Source: Balanoglossus misakiensis
Taxonomy: Eukaryota; Animalia; Hemichordata
Length of the DNA: 64,000 nt
Reading direction: 5' to 3'
Assembly: GCA_040954595.2 (NCBI GenBank)
Contig: CM082578.2
Span: 7,549,519 to 7,613,518 of the forward strand
Each line of letters opens with the position of its first letter. Position 1 is the stretch's first letter. The notes under the pieces were generated by a model. The model searched no databases, was not told where the DNA came from, and saw only the letters and a list, made by a program, of their open reading frames with translations. The position numbers were made by a program, and so were the translations under genes. Positions 22,998 to 36,900 of the stretch are shown here, piece after piece.

Positions 22998-24793
22998 TTA
23001 AGTTACAGCTAATGTAATGGTGTTGTTTTTTTGCAAATGTGTAAAGACTATATAACATTGAAAAATTCACTCTGTGTTGGAAGTTGCTGCCCCTCTACTG
23101 ACCTTAAATGTCAAAGTTCAAAGGTCAACACTTCACAACCCACAACGAATTTTCCAATGCCAACGTGAACGACAAGCCTCCAACTCAGACACTGACTTTG
23201 TATGGGAGAAAGCTGTGACTCAAAAACAAAAGAAATGACCAAATATTTACAAATAGTAAAACCATGCTTGTTGGCATTGCACTTCATATTGTGAATAGAT
23301 ATTCTGGAGAGAGAAAAAAACAAGAAAATTAACCAAAAAACAAAACAAAACAAAAACCCCTGAACTACTGTACCTTTTACAGGACTGTACATTTTATAAA
23401 ATATAAAATATTTGGCAATATGAAACGCCGTAACTTGTACACTGTGAAAATCTCTACACTGAGTCTAAGATGAATTGGAATTACGGGAGCTGCAAGGTTG
23501 CCATCTGCTTGTTTGTTGTCGTTTTTTTTCTAAGAAATTATCTTTCAGCATTCGTGGAAACATCTTGTGATGTTCTCTCTGTTTAAAACACATTGTGTTG
23601 ACACAAATCAATCGATTGACCACGCTACTGTATGTTAAATTTTACTGCCCTACATACAATAGTTATGCGTTTGTATCATTTGGGGAATGAGAGTACAGGG
23701 GTATAAATGGGGTGGACATCAGAACCTGAACTTTAACCTTTTGCACCCTGACCCACCTATGACATCACCCAAAAGTATTCTTCCAATCCGGGCTTGAATG
23801 GATTAATACTGGTTGAAGTCAGCCAACAGAATGGCCCATGTCGCGTAAAAACGTAAAATTATATATATCTATCAGCAGATGGCAACTTTGCCCCTCCACC
23901 CATTAACCCTATCACACCCACAACTCTGGTCTAGTCCGATGCCATGTTTTCCAATGGTGTGACAGGACCAACATAAAACGTGACAGGGCTATGGACACAC
24001 TTTTTTCAAAATACCATCACGTATACAAAGCTGAAAAGTTTATTGACTTGTTGAGTTTGGCTGTGCACTTGGAATTGGAAGCATATTGTGATCAAAACTG
24101 ACATTTTTGATCTCTATATTTTCTCACCCACCAGAAGAGAGAATTCTTACCCCTACAAACGAGAAAGTCGATGTAAGAAAAAAATCAGAATAAGGTTTCA
24201 GTGGCTTGGCGGGCGACATGCTGTTACAGCAACTGCATTTTGATGATTAAATTTCAATTACAAAATAAATCGAATAAGTTTTGATGGAGATTGTAAAACG
24301 ATAATTCCCCAAGACACCTGAACTTCTTGACAACTGCTGTGTTGCTGTCGGTAATAAATAAAAAATTTATTTTTTTAAACACTAAACATCTACCTGTTTC
24401 AAGTGTTGACATTTCACATATCAAACGATTGATTGTATTTTTGCAGTGTACTACACAATACCTAACTTACAAGTCAAACTTTATTTCTCCTTTAATTTTT
24501 TTAAACTTGAAAAATGCACAAATAGTCAACTTCATGCATTGGCAATTGACCTGTGGGTATTTTATTACAATACTACATGCATTCAGATGGACAAGTTAAT
24601 TAAAAACCGGTGGTTTTTCTTTTATGCAAAGTGGAAATTATTTACAGTGTTGTCATTTTGAGGTCTGTTGCTTATCATGTTTACAGCAGCACAGCAGCCG
24701 AGTTTATTTCAGATTGGCAGTTTTTGGTTGTCGTTTTTTTTCTCTTTTTCAGAATGCTTCCTCCATCCCCCCTCGGTCGGTGTTCGGTCGGTT

Positions 24794-24927
24794 TTATGAT
24801 CGGGCGTCGGAGAGATCTATGCTCTTGCCAAACAGCTTGACCAGCTGGTCTTCGTAGTTGCTGATGTTCCTCTTCATGACCTCCATGCAGGGGCCCAGAA
24901 GCCTCTCAAAGGCCGCAACGTCAATGA
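24794..24927 (-). CDS. PRKAR2: PKA-RII exon 13 (terminal)
   Basis: (F)[33 protein letters not shown]...*; 134 nt. Confidence 0.95.
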
Positions 24928-27900
24928 CTGAAAAAGACACAAAACATGTCGTCAGTGAGTGCCTTCTGTGTTTTGCGGTACTTGTCATCTCTCTGGATGA
25001 CGTACACAGCACTAAGTAAGGCACAGTATTAACCCTTTCACCACCATGGTTCAGTCCAGACCCGCTGTTTTCTATGGTAAGGTTGAACCTCTAAAGAGGG
25101 AACTTGGGGATGAAAGGGTTAAAAGAAGTTGTTTCATCATGGACAACGCAAGCAGTAGACTGTGCTACATGCATGCCCCCCCCCCCACCCCTTTCCTACA
25201 ATTACAGCAGCATTTGCAATTATTTGAAGGCTGTTATTCCACTACGCCGTGAGACGAGACACTAACCCCCCTCTCCCTAAAAACGTGGTAATCTACTTAC
25301 ATGCACATACTGTCTTTGGAGCGGCTGCATAGGCTGATGCTGCTCTGGGTTTATGTGTAACCAGTGCTAACTCTGCAAACAGGGAAGGAGGTAATATTAG
25401 TAAGACTCAGTCCATCATAGATCTCTCCCTCCTCTCTCAAATTTGAAGTTTACATCAGAGATCTTGTTTACTGACAAATCAATCATGTCCCTCTTGTCAT
25501 GACAGAGAATTTCCAAGCTGCTCACAGACAACACAATGCAAAACTATTTGTTGTTGTAAACAACAAAACATCACTGACAAAGGAAACAGGTGTTGTTGTT
25601 GTTTGTTTTAGAGAAATGCCATTATTGGACTACTTACCACCAAAATACTGTCCCTTTTCACATCGTGCGATTTCCACTTCCTTCGTGGGGTCCTCCTGTA
25701 AAACATTTTGTAGCAGACTAAGTTTAAGACATTGGAACTGATAATACCAAAATTCTACTGACAATTTATAAAACATTCCCTTTTGGTGAACAGTTCGGGG
25801 GAAAACCGTATTAATTCAAGTATTCCGTCTGCATTTATCTTTGATTAGGATTTACATTGAAAACAGAAACTGTTGGCATGAGGACCTTAGAATTGCATCG
25901 GAAAAAGAAACAGGTACACATCAAAGCACTGCAAAGATATAATCTCTTGATTTGACAAGTTTTTTCGCTCAAAATGAAAATAGAAAATTTACGAAGTTTA
26001 CAGAATATCACATCTTAAAACAAGATTTTTACCATCAAAGACAAGAATAAGCATATCACACCATATCACTAACGATGAAGATACACACATCATCCTTGAT
26101 GCAAAACTTTCAATTCAAAACCAGAATTTTGAAGAAATTCTCTCTCTCACACATACATACACATGTTATTGTTACATGAACCATTTATGGTTTACAGTAT
26201 GCGTAAGTAGTGGTCGTGTTCAGAAGACATTAAGATAATTATATGTAAATTATATTAAACCAGTGTTATAGTAAGTGTTATGTGATTCAGACTTTGCAGT
26301 AGACTTGGCTCAAGATGTTCAATGACACCAGTCGTTTGAAACAGCTTGTGAGTCTCTCTATATGACGAGTGCAAGTACTTCAAAGGAATCAATGAGTAGG
26401 AGTCTGCACAGTTTGTGCATATCCTACTCCAGTCCCCAGCTAGTATTACCGTACGAATTTCAGGATAACTCCCCTGTATCACATTCACCCCCCCCCCCTC
26501 CAGCTACTTGAGCAGTTTCACAACAACAATCACAAATACGTGACATATGACTTAATCATTCACAGTCTTGAACCAAGTCTAGAGCCACTGGAGACCAGAA
26601 AGACAATTGCAAGGTTAGAGATTATTGTTATGTATATCTGGCTGGATGATTCTAGAATTAAGTAAATATTGGAGAAGGTGTGGCTAACCAGAGGAAGAGG
26701 AAAAAAGAATCTGGTGAATAAGGTTACGGATAAGAGGGTATCATGGGTTTGGAGTGAGTGGAGGTCAGTGAACAAGACGGGGGGTAAAGTTAGCACAGAG
26801 GTCAAAGTTCAGCCTTTAAGGTATTAACAGTTTGCACGGTTTCTCGGTGGTGCTGGAGTTAGGGTCAGTCCTGTTGCATGCATTCAGGGCGATCCAGAGC
26901 TGTGGATGATTTTGCGGCAGGCATTTACTGGTGGGTGAATAATAAGCACTTAAAGCACTGCAGAGAAATCGCATTCTCACAGACAGCCCCCTCCTCCCCC
27001 CTCTCACAACATGCCAACTGCCATGCCCACTTTTGAATACTTACGGCGTACTTTAACATGCAACATCGTACGTGGCACAGGTACAGGGAGTGGATCCGAC
27101 AAGAAATGGGTATTTTGTATAGTGCGTGAGGATCGGAGATACGGTAGGTGGATGGGTGGGTGGGTTAGCAAAACAGGTTTTGTTTGGTTGTACATTTGTT
27201 TTTGTTTTTTCATTGCAGGATGAATAGGCATTCACACAATACACAAGTCGAGCATGCATCAGGGATGGAAAATAAAAAAAAAAAGAAACAGAAAAAACTT
27301 CTTGGTTACTTGTACAAAGGTATAAAGCCGGCAGCATTTTAATGGGGGAAATTCACCCTGCCATACAAGCCTTTTCGTGATTTGACATAAAACAGAGATA
27401 CAATATAGCGGTACATTATACACAGATTTTTAGTTTTATGACAGATTTCAGTAACTCACCAGTACATGTACATCCGAAAATGTTAATGAATCATCATTTT
27501 GGAAAAAATGTACTGGCGGACTGCTTTGTTTGCTTGGATCAGTTTTTTTCTATACCGGTATTTTAATTCATTACGTTTACCAGAATGTGAGCCACTACAT
27601 GCCTGCAATATAATTTATTAAAATACTTTTTTGCAAGAATCAGTTTATTTTAAGTATGTGGATTCCACAATGTCATGTTATCTGCCAGGCAGGACAGCTG
27701 CCTCTGACAGGATAAGCTAGGCTAAAGGCTTGTACGGCAGGGAGGACAACATTCAGGATCATCGGTTGATTACAAATAAAGTGGAGGAAAAGTGGTTGTA
27801 TGTGCACAGGTGGGTGGATGTGCGTGTGTGTCTGTGTGTACGTATGTATGTGTGTGTGTGTGCGTGCATGACTTGTGTACATGTATAAGTGCGACTGTGT

Positions 27901-30900
27901 GTGCATGTGTACAGTACATTTGTGTATGTACCAGTATATACCCGGTACGTGTGAGTATGCATGTGTGTGTGGGAATGTATGCGTGTACGGTATTGGCTCT
28001 GTCTGTGCCACAGTATACATGTAGGTAACCTTGCTTGCATTCTTTAAAACAACCTGAAGCCATTTTCCCATAAATGATTTTGCTGAACTGATTTTGATAG
28101 TCACCATGAACTTTCTGCAATCCTGTTTTATAACTGCTATCACTCTTTTCATTTTTTTTTACAATATAAGTATCATTGAGTTTTTTTTTTATACCTGTGG
28201 CATTGTCAATGGAAATTTTTAATGCCCACTCCATTTTATGGATCTAAATCAAATTTCCAACATAATGCAGCGACAATAACTCTTTTGCTACTAAAACTTT
28301 TATGGAGAGGCGGCATAAAGAAAAAAAAACATACTGACATTGGCAAGGTAAGAGTCGTGATAAACCGATTTGAATGAAACATTTTCATCTAAAGCCAGCC
28401 TTCAAAGAAATCAAGTCTGTTTTGTTCTCGCTGTATTAAATCCAGTGTGTGGGTGTAGGTAGTCGTGTGTGCAAACTTGCAAGGGTTGGGTTGAAATCAG
28501 CAACATGTAACAAGGTCAGCACAATTAACCCCAAACTCCAGGGTACTGAGACATTTAAATTTCTGCTCCGAATCATGTAATCCCTATTAGAAGCTGCAGC
28601 CGTAATCAACAGTGACAACCTAGCTCTGTGACCTGTGTTATAATGCAGTTCGTTTCTGCATCTTCTGAATTATCAAACAATTGTTTCACACATTGTATGT
28701 GATATCCTGCTGTTTTTTTGGGCAATGATGACAAAGTATGAGATTCCGTCTGCCATTATTATGATTACTTTTACGAAAAAGACTCACCTGATTTTTCATG
28801 GCAATTCTGATAACACCTTCCTCAACAAAGTAACAGCCATCACCCTCGTCACCCTAAAAGAAAAATCACGCAGAAAAATACCATGTTTGATCAGTTTCCA
28901 AAACAAATGTTCCCAAGGATCCTTAATTATTTTACAGCTAAGGTTATAGACAAGTACACTACATGTATACATGTACTGGTATACCAATCAGTTGTCCAAA
29001 ATCAATGACATTTTTTTTTGTAGCTTTCGCAAAAAAAACTGCACTCTTAGAAAGTTGACCTCGCAAATGCAAAACTGTGACCCACTGTCACTGACCGCAT
29101 TCTGGATTGAATAAAAATCCTTCAGAAAATGACCATAATTGATAATTGAGAATACCAGCAAAATTTGCAGAAAAAATCACAAGGTCCAGGGACAGCTGAC
29201 CAGGGGGTGGGGGTGGGGGGGGGGGGTGGCTACTAGAGGGAAGAATATTCTTACCTGTCTAATAATCTGGTCCCCGGCTTTATATACCCGACTGATAAGA
29301 GCGTCTGCAAGGTTCATGCGTTCATATTGCTGAAAGCAATCACATCATACAGTTAATTTACAACCAAAAAAAAAAAGGTCATCAAGATGCACGACGCCCA
29401 GACGGCCACTCCATCAAAATATTATAATCTTTAATTAAGGCACTTCTCTGTTAGCCTGTCTGTGTGTAATGATTGATGGAGTTGCCACAGGGCACAGGCA
29501 GATTCCATATCTGATACTATCTGCTACGGTGGATTTCAGAACACTCTTCCTGATACCTTCCACCTTGGCGTGACCCACTTCATTGGCAGTGAGCACAATT
29601 CACATTGATATGGGAATCAACTTTTTTTTTTCACGACAAGAGAAGTTAAAGGTATACAGTGACGTCACCTCCAATTTACGTACGCCCTTATATGCCTGAA
29701 ATGGAATATTTGAGCGTTCTAAAGAACATATGTTGGCGCTCTTTTTTTTTGCGTGTGCCGCCCACTGAAAATCTGTGATTGGTTAGGTCTCAAATTGCCA
29801 TGGTAACTATACCTAATTTTCCATAGGTGACCGTATACCTTTAATTTGACATCGCGCAAGAACGGATGTTTTAGGGGGAGGGGAAGGGGGAGCAGTAAGG
29901 AGGGGTGTGTGGTTTGGTGTAGGCTAGCAAGCTGCAGTGGAAGGCTAAAGCTGATTTACAACGCGTACACAAAGGGAGAAATTACAGTTACTAATGGATT
30001 TTGCGCAAGAGAGCAAATTCGACGTGACGCGAATTCCCAGCAGACGCCATTCATTCCTTCTTAAGAAGACACTAAAGGTGTTCATCTGGGAGCCTTACTA
30101 CGGAATGCCCAGGCTGACACCAAATGGAAGGCCCACAGTTTAATTACATCTCATATTTCATAGCAGGGGTAATGCTTGGCTACAAGCAGAAGGTGACTAT
30201 GGGAGACCCCTGTCAACTGCAGAGATAGAAATATGCAGATTCTCTAGCTCTCATCATCAGCAACCATTTATCATTCGAAGCTGATTCTTGCGTAATCTGA
30301 ACGACGATGGGCTGTTTTTTAAATGAACATGTGTATGTGAACCACAGCTGCTGCCTGATTGAAGTGGATGTAAATCCCAGTCAAGAAATAATTATACCAG
30401 TTATTTTTTTTTTTTTTTTTAGATTTGTCCATTCTCGCAAGCCAGAGCCGACCGTGTTTCCGCTCCGCGGAGCTACGCAAAAAACGGGCTCTGGCAGATT
30501 ACAGTAGGGAACCCCGGAATTTAGGACGTAGACTAATGAATTATTCATGAGAAACGACATTGGAATTAGCCAATCAGTAGTCTGGATATCGCGAGCTCTT
30601 CGGCTGCTGTCAGCTTTAAATCCGCCATTTTGCACTGTCATTTAAATAAGTTATGCAGTTTTATGAGACGGGCTCTCTGATTGGTTCCTTTGTCTGGCTG
30701 CTGGAACTGACGCTGGGATCCGCGAAAACCTTCCAAATCCACCACGGCCTGTTGGCGGTAGCGCGTAGCAGTTGCCGTAAACAGGTCGTGGTTTTACGAC
30801 GATGGATTTGTCAGAACCTGGCATGAATCGGTGGCATACAAGGCAATGTGCTGCAATGTACCGGTACTATAAAATATAAATTTCACGACTGGAGTCAATA

Positions 30901-33900
30901 GTGATTCAACGATGGCATTATTTTCTGATATTGAAAAGAGAAATTCGGAGCACACGTGAGGCGGAAAAATTAAATCACCAGTGACTTGTACGCTCTCAGC
31001 CTAATAACCTGACTGCCTTGTATTAACTCAAAACTCATCCTTTATATCTATCTATGGCATTTGATGGTCTGCACTAGCTGTCTGTCCATCAAAATGAGTT
31101 CATGGGTATAATGATTTGGGGTTATGTCATCTTATTAGGTGAACAGGTTTCTCCATGGAACACCATCATATAATTGGTGTCATTTCTTCACACTCCCCTC
31201 AGCAGTGTGCTTTGTGCACGAAACCGCTGTTCTCAGCTAAACGGCAGTACTATAAACGTAAATTTGGGTCACCGAGATTAGCATGCTCTAACTCACCAAC
31301 ACTTCCAGGACTTTCCGGTCATTTTCCGGGAATTCATTAAACAAAAACTGCTATCAACCAGGAGCAGCTGGGCAGTATTTGTGTCAGAATTGTTTTCATT
31401 TCATTTTATTTTCACAGTAACCAACATCTAGTGATGGTATTGGTGGCAACATTAATTTCCTGGGCAGTCCAGGAATAAATTACATGTTCTTAGGATTTTC
31501 CCAGATAACATACACCCTAAGAACTCAAGCTCTGGTGACATTAGCATATTGCCTGGATAGGATACCAGCCTTCTTCCACAAAAAAATGACGCAGACCGAC
31601 TCTTGCGTAGCAGATGTCAAAAGGTCATGCGAAGGTGACAGATAGAAATAGTATTTTTTTTTTTAAAGCCAGGGACACATCCTATGATGTGTGCAATTGA
31701 GAACACAGTCCTACTTCACAGAGTGGTTTCAGGAAGCTGCACCCACACCCAATCACAAGTACTGGCATACTTCACAATTTTGATCGTGTTTTGAATTCAC
31801 TTACTGTCAATGAAGACAACATCGGCACTCCATCTATCAGCTTCTCGTACACCTTTCTTTTCCTGGCAGCATTCTTCAGAACTATCCTCCTAAATGACGA
31901 TCGGTCCTGTGAAATTAAAAAATAAAAATTCCAGTCAAAAATGATGAATTTTTAAACTCCTGTAGTCATAACAATTAAAACCAAAGTGAGTCATTCATAA
32001 CAAGTCTGGCCCTTAACATAATAAATATCTGCTATATCATGGATTGTGAAATATCTGTGGTAAAAACATTGATTTCACTAATACCAAAAGATATGGTTTT
32101 AAAATTAAAAAGTGACCCCAAAAAATATTATACAAAACAAAGGTCCAGATTGTTTTTCATAACCTTTCATGACAGCAATACATCACTCCCCAGGGAAATT
32201 GTTTGCACATAAGCGTATGATTCTATCTTGATCACAGCATGGCTGTGGCCAGGCCTCACTGGAAAGTCAATTCACAATTTTAACGCAATAATGGGATCTT
32301 TCAAAGCCCAGCTGTGTATTGCAAATCAGGCTTGATATTCTGAAAGTGTTGGCTTGAATTACCAGGTAATTTGCCAAACATAAATAAATAGATTTCATTT
32401 AATTTGAAAATATTCATAATGAAGTCAGTGCACTGCCCCCAAATATTATCATTTCCATTTGGGCTGAGCGGCGAAACTGGGACTATTTCACCTGCATTGA
32501 TAAGACCCGTGTGTCTTCCAATTGAGCAGGGGCGAATATTTCACCTGAGAAATCATTCCGAGCCAGGGATGAGATCAGTTAGAGAGACAAAAAAAAAAAA
32601 AAAAAAAGATGACACCATAATGATTACACGCCAGCCAGAGACATGATAGGAATGACTGATGAAAGGAATTTGCTCACCAGCGCCCAAATGACTCCATGGG
32701 AGGCAGAAACGATAGTAGCGGCCCTGGGCGTGTTGTACATAAGCGCTAATTCCCCAAAGCTTCCTTGATTATCATACGCACCGACCTTCTTGTTGTTAAC
32801 GTGAATGTCGTAAACACCCCTGAAACGAGAGAGAGAGAGAGATAAGTTTGTTTCTTTTTTTTTTGCTTTAATATCAACAGAGAATTTTTAAAAATCGTGC
32901 TGGAAGGTTTTAGTTTATTGCTTCGGTGTCTCTCGGTCCAGAACCTAGCCACACAGGAACAGCAATGTTGCTAGGCAATTTGTGCATTAAATATTGGGAG
33001 CGTGGAAAATTGATTTATGTCGTCGTCTGTTCTGCTGCCAAGAGAACTTCAATGGGGATTTAAACGCCACTCTCAATTGATGCAGAACTGAACAAAGAGT
33101 ACATGAACGACACTAGTTAATGGCATGGCAGCGGTGTACAGACACAGTCAACATCATAAAATATGCACAATGGCAAGTTTGTTCTTATTAACCACAAAAA
33201 TGTTCAAAAGACAATCTATTTATTGCATTTATCCAATTTAACTTTTCAGATATTTCCATAATGCAGGTAGTACCTACAGCAACACAAATTAATCTTCCTT
33301 TGGAAAGAAATACTGTACCAAAAAATAGTTATAGGTCAAAAAGGAAACTGGCGTTTGACAAAATTGAAACTGAACTGAAATAATTATGCATAATGGCGAG
33401 AAACAAACAGTGCCAAAAATGTCATATGCTCCCATCATCGCATAGTTTGCATGTAATGTGAAATTCTCTTTCTACATTATAATATAGCATCATACGTACA
33501 ATTGTATTGCACTGGGCAGAACAAAGCCCTCAGGAGAATTTAAAATGACAAATGTCAATACACTTTGCAGAGTTACATTTCACTAATGCCAGGAAACCAT
33601 TGATTTTGCTTCCTTTGGTTATGGTTACCAACGGCCACAAATTTACAAACTTGCTTAGAATTTTGGTTTACCTGCATTGATCCTAAAACATTGATTTTCG
33701 ATTGCTGAATAGTATTACAAACTGTGTATAAACACAGTGGGAAAATTAAATTCACAAAGTCCAAACGTACTTTTCACAATGCATGCCAATACAGTACCAG
33801 TAAGAACTTAACAATACTTGTGAAATGCTTTATGGTTATTAAAAGGTTTATAAATTAATCCCCTCCAATTTACATATATGCCCTTATATGGTTAAAAGGG

Positions 33901-36900
33901 TACTATATGTCTTCATATGACCCTGAAGTGTGTGCACTTTTTTCACACAGTCAACCTTTGAAAATATGTGATTGGCTACGTCACCACTTTCCATGGTAAC
34001 AGTGGCTAAATTTGCATAGGCAACCATACCTTAATTCAAATTCTTTTTTTAAGAACTACAGTGGTGCCCAAGAATCACATCTCATTCCCCAGAACGGAAA
34101 TATCGCATAGATAAAACAACTGTTGTAAAAACTGACTTACTGATCAACTACGTAGAAGTTATCGCCGTCGTCTCCTTGTTCGATGATGTGTTCACCTGGT
34201 TCTGTCTGCAAACAAACAAACATTAAAAACACAAATTAGGGTGGGTGTCACCAACACAACCAGAAGAAACATACAACTTTAATGCCTGTAGAAACTAAAA
34301 AGCCGAATTGAGCAATTTCGGTCTGCATTACAATAAGCTGGTGTCGATGCTTGCAATGGACAGCATCTGCACATCCCTGCATGCAGTCATCACAAAGACC
34401 AGTCACTAGTAATCCATTAATACTGTAAGCTGGCACATGGCACAGGCCTGCAATTGTTGTTATGATACATTCAATGTACATTCAATTTCAAATGCACATG
34501 AAAGAATTAGGGCACAAGTAACTTTCATTGACACATTCTGTGGTAAAGATTAAAAAGTACCAGTACCCAGGGAAAACTGCCAATAACCAAACATCAAAGC
34601 CATCTATAAGGGTGACGGTGCTCCATTTACTGTATCGATTTTCTATTTCCATTTTTGGCAGTTATTGGGGATAACAGATCTATTTCTGCCGGAATATCAA
34701 TTCAAGACAGATCAAAATCATTGAATCCATAATTACCAGTACATGTACTTTGAAGTTATGGTGTGTGTTGTGTGGCGTGTTTTTTGTGTCCGTGGCCTTG
34801 AAGAGTGATACCACAGCAAGGTATAAATATCATACAAGAACTAAAGTGGCATGCTGCACTTATTTTTGGTCAAAATCAACAAAAACACACCAGGCATGGC
34901 AACCCCTTTTCTCCAGACATCCATCACAATTTACTCACGTCAATTGCGGGACGGGTTTATATCAGTATGATTTATAGTGAGAGGTTTGAATTTTCTCCTG
35001 GATGTGGAATATGGTCTCAAGGAGTTGACTAAGCCAAGCAAAGCCTGTCTCAGCTGGGCAATCATGATAGCCAGCGAGAGGTTGGCGGTGGGGGGAGAGG
35101 TTTTTATCAGTGTACCAGTACAGAAGGGAACTATATACCAGTGCAGCTAACTGCTAGGATTGGTGAAAGAGTCTGGGCCACGCAATAAGATACCAAAGGT
35201 GGGCAGTGCGACATAACATATAACATCTCTTCGGTAATTAAGATCTCGCTTCCGTACCTCACCTCACGCAGCTGTTTACACTCTGGGAGGAAAAGGTCAT
35301 TATGAGGAAGTCGACAGTACTATTCATCATGTCAAGTACAGACATATGATGAGTAGCGACATTAGACCAGGAAGCCACACGTCCGTCCCGCTGATTTGCG
35401 TATCAATGGTGACTGCCCAATTGTTTGCAGCACACACAGACGCATTGTATCCTGAGGCAAAGCGCAGGAAGTGCTTGGAAAGGGGAAACCAAATCGCGTC
35501 TTTGAAAACGGAGGGTGAAAACCGTGACGCGAGCTATTGAGTCTTTGTTCCTGGTGTGAAGTAGTTATGGCCAAGATCAACAGATTTGATCAGGAAAATG
35601 TACGTACATTTGCCACATGCATGCGCGCATACTATGCTGATATGATGCTCACTATGTTAGGTACAGCTGAAAATACAATGGTTAGACGGATAGACTAACG
35701 ATCTCTGCCTATATGATTGGCAGTCAACTGAAACATAAGCCGTCTCAAGCCTGAAGGCTTTCACCGTGCAAATGTAGTCTAACAGTACAAGGACCACTGT
35801 CAGCTGATTTTGTACATGATTGCACATCACCCAGTATCCCTATTTTTTATCCAGATGCCATGATTCCTAACTACGGTACACAAGACTCTCCAGCAACACA
35901 TGAGCAAACAGACCCTACAGTCATTAACTGAGAAGCTGTCACACACAGTGCCGTTTGACGCAAATGGCAAAATGTAACATATTCACTTTTGACAGGAGGG
36001 GGGTGCATGAATGCATCTGAGAGAATAGCTGAATGAAGGAGTGGAGACAGTTAATCTCTATATATCACTCACTGACAAGACATGTGCATTAGAGCCGTTT
36101 CATATTCATACACACATGATATTGATAAATTACTTTCTCAATTCATATTCTTCACTTTATTAACAAGATATGATGCTCTCATTACACTTTGTGTAATCAG
36201 CTTCTAAATCGAATAATTTCCATCAGCAAGATCAGTCTCGTCAATACATCTCACGCACCATAGTATTTTGACACTGTGACATCCATTACATGCATTAAGC
36301 ATTCAGAGGTTGAGTTATCTCATTATACTGCAGTGAGTGCAATGGTTCTTCTCCTTCTCTGTTGTATAGTCATATACCTTTTAAAATGTTGGTATTCAGA
36401 ATTATCAAACTGTCGCTGATTGAGGCAATAGGGGTGAAAGGGTTAAACTTGAACCTCTTTCTCCCTTCAGCCAGAGCAAATGCAAGCACTGCATGATGTG
36501 CATTACTTGACCAAGAATGGATTTTTCGCACGAGATGGATCTGACCAGCTTCACTGAGGGTACATGTATAATGTACAGGGGAAACCAGCCAACTGGCAAG
36601 AAGCCAATGAAATGACAGCTAACAAGATTACTGTAACGATTGAAAAACTCTGGTAACCTGTCCTTGGCTTGTAACCCAGCATTTCACAATACAGGTCTGT
36701 GCTTTGTAACTGAGGGTGAGACACTTCAAGTGAGATTCGCTTTTTTTTTTCTCAAGTCACTGATAAACAGCGAGGTGAGTGAATGATGTGAGTTCGTGTG
36801 GCTTTCACACATGTACCGGTACTATGTAGCGTTTGCCGTAACCTGAATGATGCGGGCCATCAATCGTTGGGGTTGAGAGGTTACTAGAGAATTGTTCCCA

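Noticed and set aside
26816-26970. Possible alternative terminal exon of PKA-RII (acceptor tttctctgcAG on - strand)
   Set aside because: The in-phase reading stops after 10 codons and has no similarity to a cAMP-binding domain.
27673-28234. His/Thr-rich ORFs of 90-160 aa
   Set aside because: Translations of a degenerate (CA)n tract.
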